Assembly (NCBI GenBank): GCA_964016885.1
Contig: OZ024742.1
Coordinates: forward strand, 261,826,001-261,890,000
Direction: 5' to 3'
DNA length: 64,000 nt
DNA from: Eledone cirrhosa
Lineage: Eukaryota
Shown: in pieces, positions 39,591-51,200 of the stretch
Numbering within the stretch: position 1 is the first letter of the stretch
Layout of the letters: each line of letters starts with the position of its first letter
The notes under the pieces: model-generated
Seen by the model: only the letters and a program-made list of their open reading frames with translations
Told to the model about the DNA's origin: nothing
The model's database searches: none
Translations under genes and position numbers: made by a program

Positions 39591-40394
39591 TGGATTAATA
39601 CACCAATGATCACTCAACCACCCTGAGTTTCCTCTTTACATATTAACCCTTCAACTCACTCCCAATATCATCACTTTACGAACACCACACCTTACCCAGT
39701 TCATCATATAAACACATACTTTCTACCAATATATACATTTTTCTCCCTCATGTTTATTTATTTATTTCATTTGATTTATACCCCCTCCCTTTTTTCTGCC
39801 ATACTTTTAACATACACACCCACCACCTTCATTCTGTTCTCTTATTATAACCCCCCTCCTTTTATCCAGATCACTGTGTGTGTGTGTGTATATATATCTT
39901 TACAATTATGCCTATGTGCACACATAAGTGTAAGCGTATGCACGCGCGTGTGAACTTATGTATGTCTGCGTATATGTGCAGTGTATAGGCAGATGTGCGT
40001 ATGTATGTTTACACATGTTTGTATGTGCTTGAATGGATATAATTATGTGTGTGAGTGTATGTGTAGAGATATATGTGTATATATATATATATATTTATAT
40101 ATGTACGTATGGAGAGATGTGTGTGTATATATATATTTATACGTATGTGAATGCGCGCCTGTGTGAGTGAAAGATCACACGCATATGTGTGTATTTCTAT
40201 TTCCATACACACATATACTTATGTGTGAATCTATATGTTTACGTACTATTACGTATATGCGTGAGTTTTAGTATGTGTATGGATATTTATTTATTAATTT
40301 TTTCCCCCTCAATTTGTGCTCGTTATTTTATTTCAGCCTCCCATTCATTTATCCTAAACTGTTTCCAAATCCATATTACTATTTCAAAAATAAA

Positions 40395-40459
40395 TATTTC
40401 TTCTGATGAATAAAGACAGACATAAGTATGTCTTCAAGAAACCACTGGTAAATGAAATA
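40395..40459 (+). ncRNA. type I hammerhead ribozyme-like motif downstream of the Penelope-like element
   Basis: CTGATGA 40403-09; stem II AAGACA/TGTCTT; GAAA 40438-41; short stem III ACC/GGT; GTA triplet; stem I TATTTCTT/AATGAAATA; base of stem II degenerate. Confidence 0.65.
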
Positions 40460-40628
40460 ATTATCTTACGTTGTTTATTACATAACTAGATAGAGATAGA
40501 AGTGTTATTCAGTGAACAATTGCCCCTCACCCACACTTCCCACCAACATAGTAGTGAAAAGTTTTTTTTCTATGAATTGATCTCTTTTTGTGCTCTAAAG
40601 ACGTAAGTAAAACAAAAACAACTGTTAC

Positions 40629-40754
40629 CTTGGCTATATCCAAAGATTCTTTTAATCTGTGGAATTTTGATTTCACTTCCAGAATTTCCTCAGAAATAGT
40701 TTCTAGTGTAGTTTTCACATAATTCTCATCAATAGGTTGACCATTACATGGAGT
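40629..40754 (-). CDS. SMG1: SMG1 exon (TPCNGQPIDENYVKTTLETISEE...DIAK)
   Basis: tttatag/gtaac, 126 nt phase 0-0. Confidence 0.85.
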
Positions 40755-41677
40755 CTATAAAAGAAATATCTCACCAATCAAAAATTACAATATTTAGTGA
40801 GAACTGTACATTTTTAACATTGTCTCTATAGAAAACAAGATACTCATTTCATCATCATCATTTTACATTCACACTATAAGAGCTTGTCATATTTTTGGCT
40901 AAACTGGTGATTACTTTCTATTCTATATTGTCTCAATTCCATCACCAACCATTTTATTGTGGTACCACCACTAAAAAGGTTCTCATGTACTTGGACATGT
41001 TCAGAGGGTCCTCTTCACTCTACATTGTCTTAGTCATCCTGAGAAGGCTAAAAGAGACATCTTATTACATTTACTTTTAACATCATAGTGCTTGTACTAG
41101 TGGGCATATCACCAGTCAACTCAGTCATCTCTCCCAATATTATAATTCATTGCTGGTAGTATTGCTTAGAAGTCCATATGAAAACAATTCCTAAGTAAAG
41201 GAAAAGGGCCACCTATCAGATTGAACCCAGGAAACAGTGTTTCCATTGCTAATACTATCTGCCAGTCACAACTAGCAAGAGGCAAAATTTGAACTCAGAT
41301 TGTACAGAGCCGGATTACATACCAACTCATTAATAATTATATCAATCCACTCCTCCTGGACTGGTTCTTTATTTAACAAACCTGATTAGATGAAAAGCAA
41401 AGTTGACACCTACAAGATTTGAACTCAGAGTGCAGTGAACCTGAAAAAGGAACAAGGCTTTTAATACAGTGCCCTAATGACTGCCAATTTGCTACCTGAA
41501 TATAAATTAGTAAACAGAAGTAAAAAAGTAATAAAAAAACACAACAAAATCAATACTATACTTAAGCCAATAATTAATCTAATTAAATTGATGACTATGA
41601 AATATTCACAACAAAAGCAAATACATTTCCAATTAATCTAATTAATATTAATGAATTAAATAATCTAGAAATCTTAC

Positions 41678-41756
41678 CTTGGTGAGCATCAGCAGTTCTT
41701 CTTGATCAGTTACAGAACTTGCAGTGGATTCAGCAAGCACACAACTTTCTCGGCAT
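41678..41756 (-). CDS. SMG1: SMG1 exon (CRESCVLAESTASSVTDQEELLMLTK)
   Basis: ttcag/gtaag, phase 2-0. Confidence 0.87.
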
Positions 41757-42152
41757 CTGAAATGGAGGAAAGCAGTTATATTTTGGCTAATGTGATAGTC
41801 TTTTGAATAGAGACAATGTGCACACACACATACATTGTTTACTTACAAGTACAGTATGCACATGTGGCGTGTATGTATCTATGCAGTGTGATGAGTGTTG
41901 AGTGTGCTACATGTGTGGTGAACAAATGCATCATCATCCTTTTACAACTGCTTTTCAAGTTGTTGCAGGTTGGACTGGTCGTGATGGTCCAAGACTAGAT
42001 GGGTTACAGAACATCTTACTCATACATTCCATATTTTGGCATGTTTCTACAGCTGGAAGCCTTTCTTAATGTCAACTACTTTACAGAGTATACTGGGTAC
42101 AAGTATCCATGCATGCATGTATATATATATATATATGTATACTTGTATGGTG

Positions 42153-42399
42153 TGTGGGTATGGTATAGCGTGCGGTGGCCGGAGGCGTGCTCGACCGGAA
42201 GGGGTCTTTGGCCGGAAGGATGCTCGACCGGAAGGGCCAGGAGAGGGCCTCTATCTAGTGGTGACCAGCATACGGTGTGGACGCGTTTTGGGCAGCTCCC
42301 GGTGTTAAGCAGTCGGACGCACGTGGAAGAGGAGTACCTGCAGTGGAATTTAGCGGCGCCCGTGAAAAGCGGTAAGTGAGATAGCTCTTTCTAACTACA
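42153..42399 (+). repeat. 5' LTR
   Basis: TGTGGGTATGG...CTAACTACA, direct repeat of 45643-45864. Confidence 0.95.
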
Positions 42400-42471
42400 A
42401 GCTATTTCGGCGACTGAAAATAAAAAAAAGAAAAAAAAAAAGAAAACACTTGCCGCAAAACAAATCAGAAG

Positions 42472-43170
42472 ATGGCGACAAGACTACGGATGAACGAAGC
42501 TATCAGGCCATTCACCGGGGAAGGTGATGTTGTCGCTTGGCTGCGGAAGGTTCGGCTGGTCGCAGGCTTGCAGAAGATAGAAGACGTGGCCGGTCTCATT
42601 GTCATTGCATTGTACCTCGAGGGCGATGCGTTGGTACTCTTCCTTGAGTTGGACGAGCACAGCCAAAGAGATGTACAGAAGATTGAGAGGCGTCTGATGG
42701 ATGCATTCGCCGAGGGACCGTTGGCGGCTTTTGCTAAGCTGGCGAGAATCAGGTGGAATGGTGAGCGCGTCAACATTTTCGCAGCGGAAATAAGGCGGTT
42801 GGTTATGTTGGCCGGTTACCAGGCGGAATGCGAACGCACGGTGCGGTTGGCATTCATCAATGGATTTCCGGACGACATAGCGGTGAAACTGCAGCAAGTC
42901 CCGGGGTACAAGGAGATGGAAATGCGTTCACTGGTGGAACAAGCCCGGATCATAGCGGAAGATGCCAAAAAGAGTGTCGCGGCGATAGCGACTACGGAGG
43001 CTCAGGACACCTGGCAGCGAAATGGTCGAAGGGAGGCAACCTCGGCACGCGCCCGTCCGCGAGAATTTAGGGGATGCTGCTTTAGGTGCCAGGGCCCGCA
43101 TATGGTTAGAGACTGTAGAGAGTCGAAGCCGGATATAATTTGTTACCGGTGTAAGCGACCAGGGAAATGA
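42472..43170 (+). CDS. gag: gypsy Gag with Zn knuckle (CFRCQGPHMVRDC); second knuckle truncated
   Basis: 232-aa ORF; second knuckle CYRCKRPGK* is cut short. Confidence 0.85.
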   Translation: MATRLRMNEAIRPFTGEGDVVAWLRKVRLVAGLQKIEDVAGLIVIALYLEGDALVLFLELDEHSQRDVQKIERRLMDAFAEGPLAAFAKLARIRWNGERVNIFAAEIRRLVMLAGYQAECERTVRLAFINGFPDDIAVKLQQVPGYKEMEMRSLVEQARIIAEDAKKSVAAIATTEAQDTWQRNGRREATSARARPREFRGCCFRCQGPHMVRDCRESKPDIICYRCKRPGK

Positions 43171-43224
43171 TCCAAGGGGAACTACTGCGCCGGTAGTTGC
43201 CCCTTACGAGTAGCGGCGCTGCCC

Positions 43225-45615
43225 GTGGTGGAAGTCTTCGTCAGGGGGAAGCCACAGCGAGCCCTCGTGGATACGGGCTGTACGACGACACTGGTGACCG
43301 CGGGGGTGGCGCAGAGGTGGGGAGGGAAGAGCAGCGTAAGGGCAGTCGACGGCAGGAAAATTGAATGCCGAGGTCGCAGCGAGATGGAAATAGCGGTACG
43401 GGGAAGGACGATAAGGCTTTCCGCCATCGTGGTAGACAGTGTGGTAGATGGGATCGGCGTGGTTATGGGCATGGACGCGATTGGCCGTCTAGGGGGCGTC
43501 ACGGTGAACAATGTCGGTGTGTCGTTTGGCGCCGCTGCATCGGTATGCGCTGTGAGTGCACGTCATGAGAACCAGAAGGCCCACGAGGAGGAATACCCCG
43601 CTTACACTGTACAGGACAAAGACTTCAAGGCCGTGTTTGATGGGCAGCGATGGGTTGTTGAGTGGTACTGGAAGGGAGAACCACCAACACTGAAGACCAA
43701 AGTGGGCTGCTATCAACACACATTGAAGGGAAACGCTAGGAGCGAGTTCGAGCGAGAAGTAGAGAGATGGATCGAAGAGGGTATACTGCTTCCCTGGAAG
43801 GAGGAGGTGAAGTGCGGAGTATTGCCGTTGATGGCGGTGGTGCAACCCACGAAGAGCAAGGTGAGGCCGGTGCTGGACTATCGAGAGCTGAACGAGCACG
43901 TGTCATGCCACACGGGTGGCGAGGTCACAGATGTCTGTGGGGAAACCCTGCGTGAGTGGAGACGCATGACGGGGGGTTCAGCGATCGTGGATCTAAAGTC
44001 GGCTTACTTGCAGTTGCATATAATAGATGAGAAGCTCTGGCGGTATCAGCTGGTCAGGTATAAGGGCCGGACATATTGCCTGACCAGGCTCGGTTTCGGG
44101 CTGAGCTCCGCACCGAAGATCATGGCGGCGGTCCTCAAGACCACTCTGGGGAGGGCCGACAAGATAAAGAGGGCTACTAACTCCTACATTGACGACATCC
44201 TAGTGGACGAGTCGGTGGTGTCGACGGCGGAGGTCACGAGCCATTTGCGGAGGTATGGACTGACTGCGAAGCCATCAGAAGCATTGGAGGGAGGAGCCGC
44301 GCTGGGACTTAGGCTACGGCGAGATAAGACACGGTGTTGAGAGGGGTGAACCTCGCCCTGCGGTGGGGGCTGCGCACCATCGAGATACGCACCGACTCGG
44401 CTACCGTACTCGGATGGGTAAGATCAGTGCTCACCAGTGAGAAGAGAGTGCGAACGAGAGGCGCGGCGGAGATGCTGATAAAGCGCCGCCTGGGAACGTT
44501 AGGAGAGCTGGCCACCGAGTTTGACCTGAAGCTGAGCGTAGTGTTCGTGCCCTCAGAGAAAAATAGGGCGGACATCTTAACTAGAGTGAAGAAAGCCTGG
44601 ATGGAAGCGCCGGAGGAGGTAGAGGATGAGATAGCTGCCGTGTGTCGGCTGACTGAGTTAGACCTGAAGGGGTTGCATGACATGCACCACATGGGGGTGG
44701 ATAGGAGCCTGTTCCTAGCCAGGAGAATCGACTCGGACGTTAGCAGACACAGCGTTCGGGGGGTGGTTCGAGGCTGCGTCCGATGTCAGTCCATTGATCA
44801 CGCCCCGGGTGTACACGAAACGGGAAGCCTCCCGGTCGATCGCGACTGGAAGCGATTAGCGGTGGATGTGACGCACTACCGGCAGGGAACGTACCTGTCG
44901 ATGGTCGACTGTGGTCCAGGTCGAATGGCGATATGGAACGGCTGAGGAAATCGTGCGGACGTTGAGAGAGATGTTCTTGGAGCGGGGCCCTGTGGATGAA
45001 CTGCTGATGGACAACAGCGCAGCGTTCCGCTCGGAGGCACTGAGGGAGATGCTCGATGGATGGAAGGTGGACCGTTTCTTCAGAGTGGCGCACAGGCCGA
45101 GCGGGAATGGAATCGTGGAGCGACACCACCGGACGATCAAGGCAATGGCAGAGCGGGGCCATATCTCACCAATGGAGGCAGTGTTCTGGTACAATATGTC
45201 CCCTTGGGTTGGACAGGTCGAGGAATCGGTGCCACATAGAGCAGTATTCAAATACGAGTGGCGGCACCCGTGCACGCCACCACAACGGCCAGTGGGGAGA
45301 GAGAGTGCATTCGTGCAGGTGGGCGAAGAAGTCTGGGTTAAGCCCCCAGATGCACGTTGCACATCTCAATGGGGAAAGGGAACGGTGACGGCTGTAAATT
45401 CAAAGAACAATGTGTCCGTGGACGGGGTACCACGTCATGTCCTGGATGTAAGAAGAATCACTGTGTCGACGGACTCCGAGGAAGAGGAAACCCAAGATGA
45501 GGTGGAAACCCAGAGCTCTGCCCCAATACTACGAAGATCGCAACGAAGTCGTAGACCACCGACCTGGACGGCAGACTTTCATATGCAGAGGGACGAGGGG
45601 GAAATTGATCCTTGA
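43225..45615 (+). pseudogene. pol: gypsy pol in three frames: protease (VDTG), RT (YIDD), partial RNase H, integrase (HHCC, D-D-E)
   Basis: ORFs 43225..44340, 44334..44945, 44911..45615; RT thumb and N-terminal RNase H absent at ~44330; frameshift at ~44940. Confidence 0.9.
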
Positions 45616-45642
45616 GATCAGGGGGGGGGGGGGGGGGGGGCG

Positions 45643-45864
45643 TGTGGGTATGGTATGGCGTGCGGTGGCCGGAGGCGGGGGGGAGTGCTCGACCGGAAGG
45701 GCCAGGAGAGGGCCTCTCTCTAGTGGTGACCAGCATACGGTGTGGACGCGTTTTGGGCAGCTCCCGGTGTTAAGCAGTCGGACGCACGTGGAAGAGGAGT
45801 ACCTGCAGTGGAATTTAGCGGCGCCCGTGAAAAGCGGTAAGTGAGATAGCTTTTTCTAACTACA
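45643..45864 (+). repeat. 3' LTR
   Basis: Follows poly-G PPT; ends CTAACTACA then TSD. Confidence 0.95.
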
Positions 45865-46037
45865 TGGTGTACCTGGGTTAGAGTACTTTAAACATGCTGT
45901 TTTAACATTAAATGTGACTGCAGATGGTACCAGTGTTGGAGAGAGAGCGAGAGAATGACAGGAACAGAAGGAGAGAAAATGATAGAGAGAACAAATGTAC
46001 CCAAAACAAAGAAAATAATAAAGAGAAGTGTAATCAC

Positions 46038-46162
46038 CTGTTGATCAAATTCATAAAATTATTATCAGATGTCAAGGCTTCAGGTGTGCGAGTGCGGAAG
46101 GCTTCGAAATGCAGGATTCCTTGACACATAGTCACCACATCAGAGGCCAACTTACTCTCCAT
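46038..46162 (-). CDS. SMG1: SMG1 exon (MESKLASDVVTMCQGILHFEAFRTRTPEAL...LINR)
   Basis: tcttag/gtgatt, phase 0-2; HFExxRTRTxEAL motif. Confidence 0.92.
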
Positions 46163-46754
46163 CTAAGATAAATAATGTTTAGAACATAGAGTGGCAACAC
46201 AGAAAAGCCTGCAGTTAACATAACTTAACATCCTACATTAGCATTATGAAACTATATTACTTTTTGAAAAGTACAATTCAGCACTATGGCTGTATCACAT
46301 AAAAAATTTAAGTTTACTGCAAATTTTCACAAAGATCTGTCAACTAATAAAGATACCATAAACATTTGAATTTACAAACCTGTTTTTAGATATTTTCTGC
46401 TGAATCATTACAGGATGTGAGTTAATACTGAAAATTTTCACAACAATCTGTTCACTACTAAATATAGTTTTGAATATATAAGAAATTATTATTTTTATTT
46501 ACAGCTTTCACCTATGAGGGTTTAGTTGGCCTCCTACAAGTTTCTCCTAGGTTTCTTGGATGTTTTAATGATAGAGGCCCAAAGAACATAATACACTGTT
46601 TGGTTCAGAACTCAAACTCACAACATTATGATTGAATCTAACCCTGACCCTGTACACTGAAACTACATTGAATATATATGAGAAAAATACATATTAACAA
46701 CATTTAGAGGATCACTATGATACCTTTTCCCCAGTGAAATATTGAATTACAAAC

Positions 46755-46931
46755 CTCATAAAGGGTTTTTCTGGTGGCAGAATCCTCTTCAAATTGACTC
46801 AGCACAAGATTTAGTGAGGGGTTAGCCCCAGCCGCCCACCTTAGTCTCTGACCAATGCTGGCTTCCAGTTGACTGTAACGGTCCATGCAGCAAGCCAAAT
46901 TGTTCTTTTGGTTAATTAAGGAGGATGTACT
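46755..46931 (-). CDS. SMG1: SMG1 exon (STSSLINQ...IGQRLRWAAGANPSL...LYE)
   Basis: ttccag/gtttgt, 177 nt; QRLxWAxGANP motif. Confidence 0.92.
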
Positions 46932-47964
46932 CTGGAAATAAGACAAACAAAAAATTTATAACAATGATGGACTAACTTCTAATTAAATATAAATAAATGT
47001 AAATAATCCATTTGTTACCAAATTTTTAATGAAAAACATTGCCCATGATTTTCAAATAACATTGAAAATACTCAATAAATGAGAAAGTTATATTGCAAAA
47101 TCTTTTCAAATTCTTAACATAATGAAGGGTTGTACATAAAATTATGATGGAAGGTTTTTAGATAAATATAAACATGGAAGGACTTTGGAAGAACCTACAA
47201 TGACTGAAAAAAGATAAAGCAAGAGAAAAACTGGACATAAGTAAAATCAGATACAATGTACAAGAAAGGAGACTGATGGTATGGACATGTGAAATGTATA
47301 TAGGATGACAATTGCATCAAGAAGTGCAGGGTGCTCAAAGATAAAAGAACCTGTAGAAGAGGTAGACCCAGGAAAACATGAGATGATATGGTGAAGGCTG
47401 ACCTCATGAAGGAAATGATTCAGGATCAAGTTGACTGGTGACATGTCACAATAAAGAAGACTTGACTCAATACACAAGTGGGATGAAAAGTGCTTGGAGA
47501 GGATGGTAAATGAAGAAACAGAGAGGTCTCCATCAGTCAGTATACTCTTAACCTCCCTCTAGCCCTTGTCCAACTTCTTCCACCATAAGCCCCCTTTCAC
47601 ACCTTAGGCTTCCTCCATTTAGTTTCCTATCCACTCATATTCTTCATTCCTCTCCTTTCTCATTCAGCGTGGAAAGACGAGTGTAACCCAATGTGCTCAT
47701 TTCCAACTCAATTTCCTTGTCTAGCCCAGGCCAGCTGCCACTCACTTTGTTCAACCTGGTGTTTGCTTTCCTACTGTAGGACTCTCACCCACTTCTGCAA
47801 TCAACACATTGTGTCATAGAACCTGAGGCAGCCTGGCATTAAAAAGGTTGAACAAATAATTATGATTAAAGAATATAATTGACTATCTAATCTAAGTGTA
47901 GGGTACAATAAGAAAGAACTACAAAAGCAGGCAGAGTTGGTTTATTTTTGGTATTGATTTCCAT

Positions 47965-48230
47965 TCCAGACTTGGGGAGTAAACTAGGTTGGCCAATTCA
48001 TCCTTCTTTCCTGCCAAGCCTTCAATGTTGTTTGTAAATCTTAAGTTTGTGATGTTCCTTCCTCCAATGTTAACTGTTTTTTGCATGAACTACAAAGTAT
48101 TATTCAAGATTTGCTCCAGGAAGACATTGAACAGAAATGGGGAGAAAAGGCAGTCTTGATGGACTCCTACAGAATTATGAAGCCATTCCCCAATGACAAG
48201 TATTATTGCAATAATGGCACACGTCTTGAG
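47965..48230 (-). mobile_element. RTE-like RT fragment
   Basis: Minus-strand GVHQDCLFSPFLFNVFLEQI...ITNLRFT. Confidence 0.65.
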
Positions 48231-48294
48231 TCAGTCTACAATCTCAAGTAAATTCTGTTATAGTTTAAAAAAGACCTGATTGATTTATAAAACA

Positions 48295-48521
48295 AGGGAA
48301 ATTGGAAAATACAGTTGCCACAATGCAGATAATTACAGTAATAGTTGAATGAATTGGAGGAAGTAACCATGGGGACAGAAAAAGGTAGAGAGAGAGAGAT
48401 GCCTTGTTTACCCCCCCCCCCCCCCGTCTTTAGGGGGTATTTTACCTGATTTATTCAACTATTACTATAGTTACCAACTATTATAGTTATCTGCATTGTG
48501 GCAACTATATTTTAAAATTTC
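48295..48521. mobile_element. foldback/MITE with poly-C centre
   Basis: AGTTGCCACAATGCAGATAA..TAATAGTTGAAT inverted at 48450-48515. Confidence 0.65.
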
Positions 48522-49639
48522 TGTTATAATTATGACAGGTTTTAGTGACTATGTGACTATGCCTGGTATGACTATATCCAGCGTGTCTCAACTACTCAAT
48601 TATCAAATAGGAGTAACATAATTCGTCAATGAGGCAGACAGGAGCAGAGCTATGTTGTTGTTTAATCCTAATCACGTAGAGCTCTGATTAAAGATATTCC
48701 AGTCATAATCATCCAGTTGTTTTCGGCAGATTAAGACATTACTCAATATGTCATATCCTGATATAAGATGGCAGGGTATGATTTGAAGGATATTTGTTTT
48801 TTATAGCAGGTTGAGTGATTACATAGATATATTTTGCCCAGGAGTAAAAGAGAATAGCTTTGGTAAAATGGTTTCAACCCATTAACATCACCATTATTTT
48901 TTACAACCACTTTCCATGCTTGTATGGGTTGGACAGGTTCTTTCTAGCAGAGCCTCCTTCTACTCATTGTGTTCCTTCATTATTTCCTCTGAGGTTCAGC
49001 ATCCTGAGATCAGCTGTAACCGACTTCTGCTTAGGTATGACCTGTTTTATGTTCTACTGCAGCTTCCTTCCAGTGGGATTTTTTAGTACTTCTTCACTCA
49101 ACGATCATCATCCATATCCATCACATGTCCATACCAGTGTAGTCTTCTTTCTTGCACATTGCATCTGATTCTTCTTATATTCAGTTTTTCTTTCCATTCT
49201 TTCACCCCCTGTCATTCGTGTACATTAATATTACACATCCAATGGAGCATGAATGATTTTTGTTCCTCTTCTGTCTCTGTATATGTTCTGCATTCACTGC
49301 TATGCAAAATTGCACTTTGCATGCAGGCCTCATACATTCTACTCTTTATTTGGAGATAAACCCGTTGTTGCTTGCAGAGGTAGTTCTAATCATTTCCACC
49401 TTGTTCATATTCTAGCTACTATGCTTTCAAAGCAACCTGTGTTCAGTAATTCAATTTCCAAATAAACATTGTTCTTCATATTAAGACAAAATAACAATCA
49501 GAAAGAAAAGGAGCAAATAAACTGTAAATGCTGTCAATACAGAGCTTCATATCATGTAACAATATAATGTGAACTCAAGAAATAATTACATAAAACATAT
49601 GCCAGATATATAAACCTAAGACATACAAAGTTACATTAC

Positions 49640-49805
49640 CTTCCGCATTTCTGACATAATTGTAGCTCTACTTGGCATTACCATCTGGCTGTGGTGACCG
49701 CGTGCATTGATAAAAAGGTCCTCATGGAGCCACTGATAGCGAGCAAGTTGTAACTGCACTCTCTGCAGGCTGGCCTTCACTAGTGCAATGTTTTCATCGA
49801 GACGT
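49640..49805 (-). CDS. SMG1: SMG1 exon (RLDENIALVKASLQRVQLQLARYQWLHEDLF...MRK)
   Basis: ttgtag/gtaatg, phase 2-0; SLQRVQL..QWxHEDL motif. Confidence 0.92.
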
Positions 49806-49994
49806 CTACAAGTAATATAAATAAATAAATAAAAAAATTAAAACAAAAGATACATTGCTAATCATGAGATTACAAGTTCAATTTGTTTTGCCCATTGCTC
49901 TATTTGAAATGAAATGAAACTTACAGCTCACACATATGTAGGTTTAACTGGCCTCTTATAAGGTATCTTATAGGAGGTTTCTTGGGTGTTTTAA

Positions 49995-50204
49995 CCCTTT
50001 AGTATTTAAACCGGCTATATCCAACCAGAATTATCTCACTGCTTTCTGGATAACTGGCCACTCATATTTACATTAAGGTATTGTTCTTAAAATAAATAAT
50101 ATGACAATCTCATAGATTCGATATTAAGTGAGATAATTATGTGAGATAAAGTATTTCCTGTGAAATTACAATAGTAAATATAGAATAATGCAAATGCTAA
50201 AGGG
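49995..50204. mobile_element. piggyBac-type MITE, same family
   Basis: TTAA TSD, same TIR; interrupts a SINE-like repeat at gtgttttaa|tgaaaggagccc. Confidence 0.82.
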
Positions 50205-50949
50205 TTAATGAAAGGAGCCCCAGTTGTTATTGTTATAGCCAACACAATGCTGTATCTCATAGGAAGAGCAACAGGCAAATATACAGCTGTACGAATACTT
50301 AATCCAACTTTTCATGTAACAACAAGTATTTTAAGGCCATTTTCACTCATCTTTCATGAACCTTCATTTCTTCATTCAAGCCTGCAATTGATCTACCATT
50401 GCCTTTTGATACTGATTTAGTAGGCATATAGTATGGACGTAGTTGACATCAAACAATAAACACAAGTAGTTTGCAGACATTTACCTTGATAAAGCAGAAG
50501 TTAGCCTTGCAGGTCCTTTGCTCTGCTGTCCGCATACCCCTTCACCAATCTTTTGGTTTATACTTCTCTATCATCTTCTGCCATATCAGTTCTGGACAAG
50601 CTGATCTCAGCATTCAAAGTATTTAAGCCATTACCATCTTGTTTTTAGACTGTATATATTAGATTACATTATCCAATATGCCCTTCCTTTTTTAAAAAGA
50701 TGTTGGCTGCCATTTCTAACACATTTAATAACTACATAAAGGCTCTGTATTGGTGCTGCATGCATCAAAATGTTGCCATCAGTAGCTTTAAATTTAGAAC
50801 ATTTTTTGCTCAAAGTATCAAATGTTCCACTCAGTTATTAGTAAAATTTAGTAGGAAAATTGTTCTTGGTGATTGAGGTAAAAGAAAAGACTGCAGTAGC
50901 TAATAATGTAGGAATAAGGTAGATAGAGCAAGCTAACTGTATTTCTCAC

Positions 50950-51200
50950 CTGGCTAGGTCATGTTTTCTCCAGGTTGACTCCTGTGAGCTGGTCAATGAA
51001 CTGGCCTGTGTGAATTGCACATGTTTGAAGTGGCCGTTTTTAAGACAAGCATCCACTGCTTTCTTACGCATATCATCCAGTGGCACTTTTGACTCAGCGC
51101 CAACATCCTTTGCCTCAATCTCAGCAGTTACATTTAAACCCATTGAGTTGATATAAATGCAGATTATGTAGCCAAGAATTTGAGATGGGAAACCAATAAC
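50950..51200 (-). CDS. SMG1: SMG1 exon (VIGFPSQILG...EAKDVGAESKV...WRKHDLAR)
   Basis: tttcctag/gtgaga, phase 0-2. Confidence 0.92.

Larger units (their letters stand above)
42153..45864 (+). mobile_element. Ty3/gypsy LTR retrotransposon, internally deleted, in SMG1 intron (antisense)
   Basis: TG..CA LTRs 42153-42399 and 45643-45864, nearly identical; 5-bp TSD TGGTG (42148-42152, 45865-45869); poly-G PPT 45621-45640; order gag-PR-RT-RH-IN. Confidence 0.97.

Noticed and set aside
42465-45736. Multiple minus-strand and alternate-frame ORFs in the gypsy element
   Set aside because: Expected shadow ORFs in GC-rich coding DNA.
45865-45869. TGGTG after the 3' LTR resembling a canonical PBS start
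   Set aside because: It is the target-site duplication, also present at 42148-42152.
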